A program made the translations under genes and the position numbers. This document shows, piece by piece, positions 1-29,155 of a stretch of DNA of 64,000 bases; within the stretch, counting starts at the first letter, position 1; every line of letters begins with the position of its first letter. Where the stretch lies: positions 1,798,001 through 1,862,000 of the forward strand of contig CM022671.1 in the NCBI GenBank assembly GCA_012295275.1, in the 5' to 3' direction. The DNA is from Chrysomallon squamiferum (lineage: Eukaryota; Animalia; Mollusca). The notes beneath the pieces were generated by a model that was not told where the DNA came from, did not search any database, and saw only the letters and a program-made list of their open reading frames with translations.

Positions 1-217
1 TATCTGTCTGTCTGGCTGTTTGGCCTTCTCTTTATATATGTCTGTCTTCATATCTATTTATCATTCAGTGTATTTGTCTGTCATTATTAAGATTTCTAGC
101 TAATATCTATGTCTTTGCCCTCTTTTTGTCAAACAATGAAAATTTATCATATAGTGAAATGTATATTAAGAGAAATAATGTCTTGTATTCCTGTTTAATT
201 ATGTTTGTTTCTCCTAG

Positions 218-15632
<15,415 letters not shown>

Positions 15633-18423
15633 ATTTATTAAGTGATCAAATCATCAGAATGAGAAATGTCTGGAGACTTCAGCTAATATAAATTGTGACA
15701 CAAAAATATTTAACTGTTCATCATACTGGATGAGTTTTTACATTAAATGTGCCATACTGGAAACAAATATTTCATTAGTATAGCATAAATTAACAAAGCA
15801 AATGTTGGACAAATATTAGATATTTTCAAACTGTTCTTACATGGACTGATGTATTTTAATTCACCTGGGAAGAAAAAACACAAAATTATGATAGCTGAAT
15901 AGAAGGTGACATATTGGAAACATTTATTAAGGGAATATAATAATATGGAAAATACTGGACATGTTTCAGATAGAGGTAATTTTACATTTGTAAAAATTTA
16001 ATTTACCTTCCAAGATGTTGATGGTCTTATGGAGAAAGCAGTGATTGAAAAATAAATTGTTGGTAAAAAGTGTACTAACATTAAAAATACTGTACACATT
16101 TTTTTAAAGACGCATGAAATATAAATTGTTTGCCATGTGATAAAATAATTTGTATTGTTGAAGTATGCTGAGAACAAATGACAACCCATCACAAATAAAA
16201 CTTTGGATTTAGTTTGACGTATTCTAAAGATATGAATGAGAAATCTTTTCTTATGCATTTTTTGTTTTTTATTGTTTATTAATTAAAACAAAAATACTCA
16301 TATTTGATCAAAAGTTTTTGAAAAAGAGATAGAATCATATCTTAAATCCCCATATGCATACAAATATAGATAATTTGAGTATGTACATGATGGTATGGAC
16401 AAATAACCTGTATATGATTATTTACTTCCAAGTGATAGTTTATATATATATATATATATATATGTGGAATTAATATGTATTCTAAATACATTGTGAATTT
16501 TTCTGTTTTTATTTACTGTCGAAGCATATTCTGTGGTAAAAAGAGCCTAAATATATTGTGAATTCTTCCAAACAGACTCCAACTTCATTAATAACAAAGT
16601 ATGTCAGTAAAATCAGCTTTAAAAAACAACATTTCCCAATTTATTTTTTCCATGTTGAACACATTTATTTTTTCTGTTTTGACCATGCAAGCATGTTCTA
16701 AAATTTGGTAAAGAAAAACTTTTTGTACATTACAAAATATTTTACTTTTCAGAGCAGTAAACATTGTTTTTGTAGAAAATATTATTTTTCTAGTCAGTAG
16801 TATATTACATTGATTTGTTACATTTGTTGTTATTGAATTTTAAAAACTGGATGTTTGAATTCCTTGTGTTGTGATGGTTTAAACATTTTAAATGTTTGAG
16901 AAACTGCACAAAGAATGTATTGCGTGAATATGTTATGGAGAGGTTAGAAATATTTATTAAAATTATGAAGCATACAATTTGTTTGTTTAAACTCATTGCT
17001 TTTGCCTTCATTAACTTTTTCAGTTACATGTAAAAAAAAAAAAAAAAAATATAAAAATACATATACATAAAAAATATAAAATACAGAAACAAAATAAATC
17101 AAAGTAATTAATAAAAAAATAAAATGAATTAAAAAGGAAAATAAAATGTTTCAAACAGAATTTTATTTTTTATTATACTCCTTTGAATTTGAATTTTTTA
17201 GTTTTTTTGTTTAAAATTAATGAATAGTGAAAGAACAAAGATAAAAGAAAAAATAGACTGAATTCATCACTTGTGACAAGCTTTGTACTGGATATAAGTT
17301 TTAGAAGGGTAATGAAATTTATGAATTTTATAAATAGTAATGTAGATGTTATAAATAATATATGTATATATAATTTTTTTTTTCCTCGCCTGCATTTTTA
17401 GTCATCAATATATATTTTATTATGTGTGTAAAGAAAGAACTCCATTTTTCCCAATTACAAGCATTTTTCTTACTAATTTCATTAATTTCTTCTAGTACTA
17501 TTCAGAAATAATAATAAAACTACATATTTTTCAAAATTCTGTTATCATTAAACTGAATCTGCTGTGATGGATGTGTCAGATACACATAAAATGTCGACAT
17601 GCAAATTAGGTTTTGCTGTTGGTGATAAAATATTGAGGTCACATTTGATTTATTATAATTTTAGTTTCATCATTTAATGTATTCAACTTATTAAATTTGC
17701 TTTTCATAATAAATATATGTTATTAGCATATACATCTGAGCACTTTTAATAAATTTTCCTTGCATTCACATTATGTAAATATAGCGCTGTTATTTCACAA
17801 TTAATCAGGATCATTTTTAATGTTGTGAAGAAAAAAATAATAATATAAAAATATGAAATGAAATAAAACCATAAGGTAATAAATATGTAAAAAAACACAA
17901 AAAAACAACAACAATCACACAGAAAATAATGAAAATTTATTTCTTAGTCCGGATAAGAGAACATTTATGAAATAAAAAACAGCACACCTCCATCCCCTAA
18001 AAAAGAACAACAACAAAAAGGAAATGAAAATTTTTATTTGTCACTTACAAGAAAATACATTTCAGAATCATGGTATACTGAAGAAAAAGAAAAGTAAATG
18101 GATCATATAGAAGGATTCAGATATTTCATATATTTCTATATAATAATCCATGTGGACTTATGTTGCTTCATTAATATTTATTATTCATATTGTCTCCTTC
18201 ATCAAAATTCCTTAACACCTTGTTTGTCCACACAGAGAATGTGGCAGGATGGTCAACTGTCATTTTGTTATTGGACTTGGTAGAATTTCTCATGGTAAAG
18301 TATTTCTGAGTTAATCGTATAATGTACACCACATCCTAGACATTTAGAACAAAACAACAACAATGGCACACTACTGAATATGAAAATGGACGAATTATGA
18401 ATGTGTATGCTAAACTACAAGTG

Positions 18424-21400
18424 TCAGTTGAAAAAGCCCTGTTTATAAGGTGTGTAGGGTGTCAGACTGAGGTCTGGATCCATCTGTGATGTACTGTAAA
18501 AAGATGTAGCTTCTGGAACATCCTCATCACTCAGTATCTGCAGTAGATGAGCCAGTGATGGATGAGACTCAATCACCGACTTATTTTCCTCAAACACCTG
18601 AAACATAGGATTTAAATTATAAGATAAATTTAAAATAAAAAATAAATAAATAAAATTATATATACATATAGTGTATTCAGTATGGTATGAACAGAAAGAA
18701 ATTTACAGATCTGATGAAAACTGAAATCTGCTGTTGCCATTTCATTAGCTACTTTTATCAATAATTAGTAAAAAGAGAATCAGAGCCTCACAAATGGAAA
18801 TGAAAAAGCACAAATTCAATGGCCTTTGAGATAAAATGGTTATATTTAAAATATGACAAAAATATTAATATGTATTATTTATTTATTTTATTTTTTGCTT
18901 AACTATATAAGATGACTTTTCAATTAAAACAAAGTAAGATTAGATGTGTTTATGTTATCTCCCTGTGCAAATGCCCTATGATGTTATATATTACTATATT
19001 TAAGTAGCAAATACCTTTCTTATTGTTTCAACAAGCTCATCAAATCTGAACACTTCAGCTTCAGCTTTCTTCCAGTTTTTTTCAAGACTTTTCACCTATA
19101 AAATGAAATTTTAAATAATTTAAAAAACCATCTTGAAAATAACTTCATTATCTTTGCTATTTCATCATGAATAATAATAATTTTTGTTCAATATTTTAAC
19201 AGAGAATGATTGCATCTAAATTCACAGATCATTCCACAGAATTGGAAATCTCTCAACCCAGCTAGTTGACAGACTTTTTGCAGCCCAATAGAGAAGAACT
19301 ACAAAAAGCAAATCTTCGTTTTTTGGTAAATTCTAACCTTCAGAGAAAAAGGAAGAAAGTTTTATTTAAATATTCAATATATTTAACTTTCACAGAAACA
19401 AAAGAATGAAAAGACATTTTTTCTTCTTTGTTTATATATTAGTCTCCTTCTTTCTGATGCATTTAAGACTGTTTATTCGTGTATCAAAAGATATTTTAAA
19501 AACATTAACTGGACATTTAAAACAACATTCACCTAATAATATTAAAAACCTGCAGTAATATTTCATTACAGTTGTGACATAAAAAAACAAAAGTTAATTC
19601 AGTATATTTACAGCACCTTTCTCTCAAGTCTTTTGGTTCTATCTTGATACTGATCATGTTCTTCACATAGTTTAATTTTCAGATGACGATTCTGGAAAAG
19701 TAGAAATACAAGGATATTACATAACTTCCAACAATAAATAGAATAATCATATGTTAAATATGCAATATTAATAAAAATACTAACAATTTATTCCAATAAA
19801 AAGGACTGTGAATTATACATATTCAATCTCTTCAAGCTTATTATGTATTCAGATCTGTAGAGTTTTATTGTTAAAAAAGTTTAAAAACTGACCTCTTTTT
19901 TCAAGCCTACAATCTCTCTAAGAGAACGTACTTCTGGAAGAGACTGGCTGTCTGCCTGTTTCTCTAGCGTTTCTATAAGTTTGTCATACTGTTCTGAAAT
20001 AACCTGCTTTTCACTGTCCAGCCTCTTCATCTGGTTCACTAAATTCTCTATTTCTGATTTCAGTTTCTGTAGATAAATAATAAATAATAAAAATGCGGAG
20101 AAATATAATTAAAAACAACAAAAAAGAAAAATAATTATAATGTGAAAAAAGGAAAAATAAGAAAAATGCTTTTGACTGATGTAACAAAATTAAGACAAAT
20201 TAAAATTCACAGTTATCAAAACCTGAAATAATGCTATGGATACTGATTACTATCAACAAGATTTACATACATTTATTACAGAATGTTTTCTAATTTAAAA
20301 AAAAAGAATAAAAATATTCAAAAACAACTATTAATATAAAGATTATTACTAATGGCATTCACAGATAAATAAATAAAAGTAGTAAATTTTAAAAAGAAGT
20401 GAACTATACCTTTATCTGTGTTTGCTGATCGGATACATCCATCATGGTTGTCACCATTTGTTTGATTCTGTTCTGCAGCTGAACAACATCCTGGTTCACA
20501 GCTGCCAGTTCTTCGTCTTTCAGTACAATTTCTGCCTGTAGGTGTTCAGCTTGACTCTCCAGCTGATAAATTCTCTCCCTCAGCAACATTCTAAAACACA
20601 CAGAATACAAATAACTGCCGTATCTACTGTTTGCAATATATTTCTTCTTTCTGAGTTAGTGTAAATGTATACATGCTAAAACTATATTGGTAGTTTGTGC
20701 CACTTTATAACAAGATGATATCTGTATTTTAAGATTAATTAAAATGTTACATGATTAGTAATTTAAGTTTCTGTTATGTGAAGATTTTATATGTTAATAA
20801 AGTTTTCTGATTTCCTAAGAATAAATGTCAAGAAATCTACAATACTAATACATTATATTTTAAAGACAGTCATAAATATAAATAAATTGTATAGTAAGTT
20901 TAAGCCAGCAATTATAATAGAACAATAAGAGTATCTTATTTTGGAACAAATAAATCTACTTTGAAGAAAACCCCAACATAATTGTTAATTATTATATTAG
21001 AAGACTAATAATTGTTAATTCACTCACTCTTCTCCTTTCAAGTCCTGTATTGAAAGTTGTGAAGCTCGTTCAACTATATTGGCCATTCTAACTATTTCTC
21101 CTAGTACCTCTCCCAGTGTTTGTATCTGTTCTACAAGAGAAGAAACCTCCATTCCAAATAAACCATTATCCAAACTGGGAGATAATCCACCAGACAGGCA
21201 GGATCTAGTGCAGTCAGCATCAGAAAATGTTTCAGTTTCATGGTCTGTTTCAGAAGATAGCCTTGATTTGGGTCTGACAGGAGAGAAAGCACTTGACTGT
21301 GAATATCTCAGTCCTGGAACTGGCTGCTTACTTTGGTATGATGGTGACTGAATATTGCTGGGTGAGTTCAGGTCTGTGATGTGTAGCTCCAGTGGGACTG

Positions 21401-24400
21401 ACGCACTTCGCTGAGGTCGACTACAGCTCCACATGAGGTCAGTACTGCCTTGGCTAAATGAATGGTTTTGTGCTGGCAGGGAGGTGTCCTTTTTAGCAGC
21501 TTCCAACACAGCAGTCACCAATGACTGAGGAGCTTTTTTCACATCAGAGTCAACAGTAGCACCATCCTGTGTAACAGACACTCAGATCAACAACAAGGTC
21601 AGCATTTAAAGAAAGAGTAATAAAAAAACTAAAATTTGCTGTGCATGAATATTTATCAAGCCAGTTATAATAATACTACTTGACAGAATTAATAATTGTG
21701 TTATATCAAAATTTAATTTTTCCTTCTTTGTTATGAGGATCTGATTATTATGAGAGTACCTCGATTCCCACTTTCCTCTTCATAACTCGGAGAATACATC
21801 TCATTCTGAGATCCAGATTCTCTATGGCTTCTCGACAATCATGTAACTCCATACCCTGCTGAACAAGCATCTTTCTGGCATGTGACTTTGTAATGTCCAG
21901 CTCTTCTCTGCTGTCACACAAATCAGAACTAAAGAAAAATACAATGTATTTTTGTCATTCATGTATCACACTATTTAAAAAAACAACAACAAAAAAACTT
22001 GTACCGAGAAACAACAGAAATATATATATATCTATCTAAGTTAGTCATCAAAATCACACCTTTTAATTAACAATATTTATTTTTAAAACATTATTTCAGT
22101 TAAAAATAAATAACATAAATACATATATACACGTATAGAAACAATAATATCACTAAAAGAAAAACTCCAAGCATTTCTAATACACTTTATTGTACCAGTC
22201 AAATATGTTTCTAAATGTATATTTAGACATTTTCTCAAAATATTATCTTACTGTAGTGACTGTACAGTTGACTGCAGCTCTAGACATCGTATTTCACTGA
22301 CTGACAGAGATCTCTCCTGCTGATTCAACTCCAGAGAAAGGCTTCTGATTTTTTCCTCACATTCTTTTATAGAGGTCAACAACAAGTCTTGCTCAGCTTC
22401 CATGAACTGAGCTGATTGTTTCAGTGACTGAAAACAGAGCACAAATAATTTACAATCTCTATCTAAATATCTTTAATTGAAAACTATTTCAATTCAAAAC
22501 TGTGTTACTTTTGTTACCAAAACAAGGATCTTCCATTAAATAAATAATGATGTAGAAGTTACCAGTAAACAAAACTAACCACTGAATGATAATACTTAGG
22601 TTTTCACAAATAAGATATTTTTTAAGCTTTTTTTTTTAATTAAACAGAGCTGATGTATAGTGCAATATAAAATTAAAATTATTATTATTAGGTCTGTTAA
22701 GCTGAGTGGGAATCAAAACGAACCATCATCTCTTCTTCAAGGTTTTTAATGGTTTCTTCAAGTAATTGTTTCTCTCTGGCTTGTTTTTCTATCTGACATC
22801 TCTGTTGTTGAATAGTGTTCTGACAAACTTCCATGTCTTTTGTTAACAGATCTATGTCATGTTCTCTAAAGTCCAGAGTTCTTTGTAGATTAGTGACTGA
22901 AAGATTGGATCTATAATGAAAAATTGAAATGAAGGATCTTTAGTACTGTGGGATCTTTATAAATGTAGAATCAGTTTCAGAACAAAAACAATGATAAAAA
23001 GTTAAATCTCTTTACAATTATATTTAGAATTCCTTTCCTTTAGAGTTCATCTGGAATGCTGTAAATAAAAATTCACAATCAGCATGATTAGTATTTCACA
23101 ATTTAATGAAAATTATGTGTGTAATTTGAAGACAAAACAAAATTAAATAAAAAACTCAACCTTTTTAATTATGCTAAAATATACAGTGATATACAGTGAT
23201 AATATCAGCAGTTTTTATAATAAAAAATTTCAAATGTTAAACTGTTTAATGACATGCATAAAAAAGCATTAATTTCTTAACTGTTAAAATACATATCTGA
23301 CAAAAGATAGTTTACTTGGAAATATATTCTTCTAATTTTGCTTCAGCAGCCAGTCTTTTTAGCTCAACATCCTGCATTCTATAAAAAAAATATAAATAAA
23401 TACAAATTCAAATAAAATTATGAAATATTAAATCAGTATCCAGGAGAATTTATAAATGAAACAAGACACATAAAGTTTTGCATTAATAATACAATAGATA
23501 CCATAATTATAAAATTACTGAATTGAAAAAAACAAAATATAATTATTATAAATATCTTACAATTTCTTTTGTGTCTGTAGTTCTTTCTCTAACTCCAGGA
23601 TTGCATTAGTGAGTGCCTGCTTTTCATCTAATAATGATTTTTCCTTTTCTTGCTGGTCTTGTAGATATTTTGTCAAGATATTGTTTGTGAAAAGAAGATC
23701 TTGAATAGCTGGAGAAAATAAAATAATAATAACAACATAAATAATTGAAACTTCATTATAGTAAAATACAGAATAAAACCTACTATCATTATTATTACTG
23801 TATACTAAAAGTACAGTTGAGTCCATTTAAGTAAAGCTGTATTCAAGCTTTTATTTTGCACAGATTTTCTGCCAGAATGTCACTATTAGCATCAGCCTAA
23901 AGCCAATGAAAGCAAATATACTAAGTCTCAAAGAAAATTAAATCAATCCACATGTTCTAGCAAAAGCTTGGTCATTCATGTTACTGATACATACATTCAA
24001 ATTGTTTCAAAACAGCCATAAAGTGATCAATGGATGTGTGTATGTATGTATGTACATATGTATGTGTGTACATATATAAACACACTTACAAACACAGGTA
24101 ATAAATTTGTTTCTGAGCTAGCATCAATATGATCAAACTATATATATATATTTTAATAATATGTTTAATAAGTGTGTTTGTAAATCCAGAACTATATCAT
24201 ACCTTTTCTGGCTGCCATCAGTTCTCTGTTAGCGTGGTGCACCATGAATGTTGTCTTTCTGAGATCTGAAGATGTTTCAGAATACAGTGCCTGCAACTAC
24301 ACACATACAAATATTTATATACTTATTAGTTTAATTAATGACAATTACAAGACATATTCAGTATTAATAATTAATTAATGATATTAAAATTGCAGAAAGA

Positions 24401-27400
24401 ATTATAGAAATATAACAAAAAATAAAATATATTTAAAATGACAATAACCAAAAATCTTAAATCAGATTAGACAGTTGTTTGTAAATATTTTCTGTGATTT
24501 TTAATATTAACACTAAAACTGTTAGGTTTCATGAAATGAAACAATAAATGAAGTTAAAATCCTTTAGCAAGATAACTTATTATTGATTTTTTCAATAAAA
24601 AGGCTTAGTTTGACTGAAATATATGACAACAGACTTTTGTTCTTTCAGGATATTTTTACTTTAAAGCTGTATACATGCTATAATATTTCACCTGTTGAAT
24701 ATTGTTGTTTGATATTTCCACAACTTTTGTTAAATTTGAACATTTTTCTTCTAAGTCTTCATTCTGATGTTCTTGGTTTTGTCGATCTCTCTCCAACTTC
24801 TTCTGTGACTTTTGTAGAGCTACAAACTGTATAAAGAAATGAAATATAATATAAATATAACATATAATACAAAAAATAAAATTGTAAAAAATATGATGGT
24901 AACAACTGTTAAAACAGATGTTGGACACATATCCCTGTAACATTTCACGTTTTTTTAAACATACCTCAGTAAGGAGTCTTTTCCTCATATCAGCATTCTG
25001 AATTCCAACATGTCGAAGTTGCAAATGGGCTTCAGTGACAGAATTCTGAAGTTCACCCTAAATATGAAAAAATAAAAATAAATAAAAACATTTTTCCAAA
25101 ATTCAAAAGAATGTTTGAATCGATCAAAATCTGAAGTGGACCAGGAACTGAAACATATAATCAAGATTCCAACTTTAAACAAGTGTCACATTTTGAAAAA
25201 AAACTCACTTAATACATTTCTGATACATACTAAGAATAAATGAAAAATGTTTGCTAGTTTTTCTGTCTGTACAGGAATATTTACTTTATTTTGTATTTAA
25301 TAACAAACCTGTAACTTTTCTGTCTCTTCTAGTTTGTCAAGAATATCGCAGAACTCATTTAACTCAGCCTGCAGTTCTCTGACCATCTGCTGAGACCTTT
25401 CAAACTGTTCATGATAATTTGTTTTCTCGTACTCTTCTTTCAACAGCTGGACCTTATTGTGCAGTAAAATACACAAAGTTATTTACATATCTATATAAGC
25501 ATTTAAGACGAGTGAGAAATAGTTCTTAACCTTTTTAAAAATAATAAGAAAATGAATTTTTTTTATAGTTTATATGACAAAAAATGATTTTGAATTCTCT
25601 ACCATCATATTTCTTCAATAAACATCTTACAGTTTAATAGTGAACTTGTACATAGACGACAAACTGGAATTAATTGTATTACCTCAACGGAGTGATTTTT
25701 CTCCAAAGTGACCAGCTGCTGCTCCAGGTTGTGACATGCAACTTCTAGGTTTGAATATTTATCATTAGATTGAGTAGAATTGGCTTTGAGATGAAAAATC
25801 TCTTGTTCTAGTTCAACAATCTGATGATTTTTATTTTCAATTATGTCTTGAAATTCTCTAACCACTTCAAAGTGCATTTTCTGCAGGAAGGAAAAAAAAG
25901 GAGAATATTTGGTAAATTGGTGTCTGATAGAAACTTTTTTATTATAATTTTTAAACTAATGTTATAATTACTTTTTGTTTTAAGCGTTGTCTGCCAACTT
26001 TAAGTAAACTTTTTATTATGACAAGAAAAAAAGATGCTGTTATTATTTATTTAAAACACTGTAAGGTTTAGTATTTTACAATAGTATTTTTTTTAATACT
26101 TCTAATAAGAATATGATAATGTAATGAATATAAAATTAATGTACATAATTATTATTAAGTTACATTTTAGTTGGGCTCTACTATCCTTTCTTTAGGAATA
26201 AAAACAACAACAAAAAAAATCTAAAATATTATGCTATATATCAATAGACAATACCTCCAGCTGTGATTTTTCCTCTTCAGTCTGTAGCTCTAATTCTTCC
26301 ATCTGCTTTGTTTTACAGGTTAGTGAACATTTCAGATCTTTAATGATAGTTTTTAACTTGTTTCTCTCACTTTCCAATCGTCTGACATCAGAGCTGAGCT
26401 GAGTATTGCAGACAAGAACAGTGTCCAGCTGGTTAGCTATCACTCGGGGATGCTGACTTCGGACCTCAGCTGCTGTTAATCTAGCAAAGGAAAATAGTGA
26501 AATAAATATAAAAATAAATCATATAAACATCTGAATAACTTTTTTACACATTATAAAAGGCATTGCTAGACAGACAAAGTTAACTATTAAACTGTATTAT
26601 TTAAAATTAAATTTGTGGTGGAAGTATTTATCAACAGAATTTGATAAAATGAATGAAGAATTTATAAAAAAAAAAAAAAAATCAAACAGTAAAGATATTC
26701 ATTATAATTAACAAGATCTTTTAAGTAGAATAGCATAATACTAAAAAAAAAAAAAAATTCTGCACACAAGTTACCTTTTGCCTTGCTTTGACAAAATTTT
26801 CATTGGAGTCATAGATGTTTCTTTGGTGCTTGTACTACTGCTGTCTGTCATTGTGTACATATTACACAACTCTGGTTTCACCATGCTGCCATTATCCACC
26901 AATCTGATCAACTCAGTGGACACCTGTGCATCTGTAGTAGTTCTCCTCAAAGGTGACACACCAGCATCCTTCACATCCGGACTAATAAACACTGTTTGTT
27001 CAACACTTGCTGCTGACTGAAAATTGGTCATTAAAGGCTTGTCCACAACAGCCAGTCTATTAGCAGTTGTTTGGTTTTGGAACGAGTAATCTTCATCTGT
27101 ATCATTGCTAACAGTAGGAACTGATGGTGCACTTCCACTTACAGTCGAAGTGAAAAAGAGCACTTTGCTACAAGAAGTGTTTCCTGTAATGGTTTCTGGG
27201 GACTGAAGATTGGATGCAGATCCTGTGGAGGAAGCTACATCAGCTGATAAACCTTGATACTGGCTGAATAATTCTGGATCAGTTTCAATATTGTTGTTTG
27301 AGTTATAAGCTCCATATAACAAACACACAGCTGTCTTTTTTTTAAAATCAATGTCTGTTTGAGAAAATTCATTTTCTTCAGCCTGTAAAATGAAAAAATA

Positions 27401-29155
27401 ATATTTTGGCTTAAGCAGATATAAATTATTTTTAAATAGTCAGCATATAAATCACCAAAATAAACAGTTTAACCATAAATTAACCATATACACTAACATG
27501 TGCTTTGTTCTCATTACAAATTTATTTTAAACAGATTTAATTAGACTTTAAGAATTTCAATTAATTTTTGTCTGTCTCATTACAGTAAGGAAATACAAGA
27601 GAGCAGGGGAGTGACTGCCATTTCATTGTTCAAAAGGTCTTGCAACAACTGGCCATTTCAGTATGACTGAACTCTACAAATAGTGTAAACTGTTAAACAT
27701 TAAAGAAATTATCTTTTAAGTAGCCAGAAGTTATTACTAACTATTAGCTAAGGACTCTCATCCGACAGTTTGGTTTATTCATATGTACACTGTATGAAGC
27801 ATGAATGAATATTCATCATCATGAAAACATATACATATGACATGTAAATAATAATTGTTGTTCAGTTATTACTGCAGGACATGAGTATTATATACAAATA
27901 GTGAAAATGCTTACAAACATACATATTAAATATAAATAAGAATGTTGTTTTTGTGATTATCATAGCAGTTTGTACAAACCTTGGATTCAGCTTCAATTTC
28001 TTCCACAGTTAGCCGTAAGATGGAATCAACAAACTCTTCAATTTTTTCATCTAGCTCATCATCATTTTCCTGAAGTTCATGATCTTTATGTAAATTATTA
28101 TTACTATTTATTATAGTAAAATTTTCCTCAAATCTCACCTACAAACCGGAAGAGAAATTGCATTAATTTTTATAATATAAATCCATCTAATTACTGTCAT
28201 CTTTTATAACAAAATTCTGTTTTTAAGATTATTTAGAGTGATAAGAAAATATTAGTGGCAATGTTTCCCTTGCAAATTTTTGTTTTATAAAGGTTCAAAA
28301 ATTTCAAGCTGTAAAGATAAAATGTGGGATTACTGCATTATTTTTATTCATACCAAATTGTAAAGATAAACATTAATTACTTTCTAAAAGACACCACCTT
28401 GATAATCCAATTAAAGAACATTAAGTATACTGAGACGATTTAACAAAAAATGTATAATAAATTCAGATGTAACAATACTTACAACTTTTTTAACTTTTAC
28501 AATTTTGGATGTTTTTGGTTTGTCTTTCCCAGGAGTTATGGCTGAAACCAGATATTTATCTTTATACACAGAGATGGGAAGTTTTGATCTTCTGAAAACA
28601 AGGAAAACATTAACTTTAATAATGAAAAATTGAATGGATAATAAATTGTTTATTTAGAATTGTGTGAAATTTTAATATTACAGCTTTATAATTTAGTATA
28701 ATTATGTATAATTTCACGATTTTGTTTTAATACTCTTTTTGATTTATATTAATAAAATTAAAAATATTATTTATAGAAAAAATATTACTTCACAGTCTTT
28801 TGAGATTTAATTATTTTTGGTGTCCCTGGTCTGGATAGTTTCACAGTTGTTGCTGGCTTGGATGGTGTTGATATATTCTGGTGATTAACATCACGCAATG
28901 GATTCCGAGCTGGACTAAACGAGGAAAACTGTGCACCAGTTATAGCCTGAAAAGGAAGCACATTCAACAATATTTATCAAAAAATAAAAACCTTCTACAA
29001 TAAAATTTATGAAGTACGTATTCTGATAAAAGTTTAAAAACATGTTTACACCCTTTATATAAACTTGATATTGAACATTAAAATATGATCACCTTTTTAT
29101 TTTGTAAATTTTCTTTTCTGTCAGTATTGCTTGTTGTCTGAAGAACTGTATCCAT
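18424..29155 (-). CDS. SPAG5: SPAG5/Astrin-like spindle and kinetochore coiled-coil protein, about 1311 aa, 22 coding exons
   Basis: Minus-strand exons: 29155-29093 (ATG), 28946-28789, 28591-28483, 28138-27980, 27382-26775, 26480-26255, 25880-25683, 25452-25309, 25057-24965, 24826-24692, 24296-24203, 23708-23561, 23378-23316, 22910-22724, 22427-22252, 21910-21760, 21566-21028, 20590-20410, 20066-19893, 19691-19617, 19095-19015, 18597-18424 (TGA); total 3936 nt, in frame. Architecture: disordered S/T-rich N-terminus, long coiled coil, S-rich linker, second coiled coil. The C-terminus EIVGLKKENRHLKIKL...LEKNWKKAEAEVFRFDELVETIRKVFEENKSVIESHPSLAHLLQILS aligns gaplessly with the human Astrin tail as I recall it (EKVWLSQEVDKLRVMF...LEENLRRSDKELEKLDDIVQHIYKTLLSIPEVVRGCKELQGLLEFLS). 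RNPLRDV resembles human RTPLREL; SLVTAV/SAFSPV resemble SILTAV/SAFTRV. The gene model is firm; the name is from memory-based alignment. Confidence 0.75.
27690..27887 (+). repeat. Dispersed direct copy of the TMEM17 intron1/exon2 junction (31072-31251) inside SPAG5-like intron 4
   Basis: ctgttaaacattaaagaaattatcttttaagtagccagaa...gaaaacatatacatatgacatgtaaataata...tgcaggacatgagtat is present at both sites with a few substitutions and small indels. Confidence 0.92.

Noticed and set aside
22905-22960. Three ggatct copies around a SPAG5-like acceptor
   Set aside because: Only 6-9 bp with irregular spacing; too short to count as another junction array.
26775-27382. Possible LC8/DYNLL1-binding TQT-like motifs (FSQTD, FQNQTT, VEQTV, MYTMTD) in the SPAG5-like N-terminal region
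   Set aside because: None matches the canonical (K/R)xTQT well, and S/T/Q-rich sequence yields such matches by chance.
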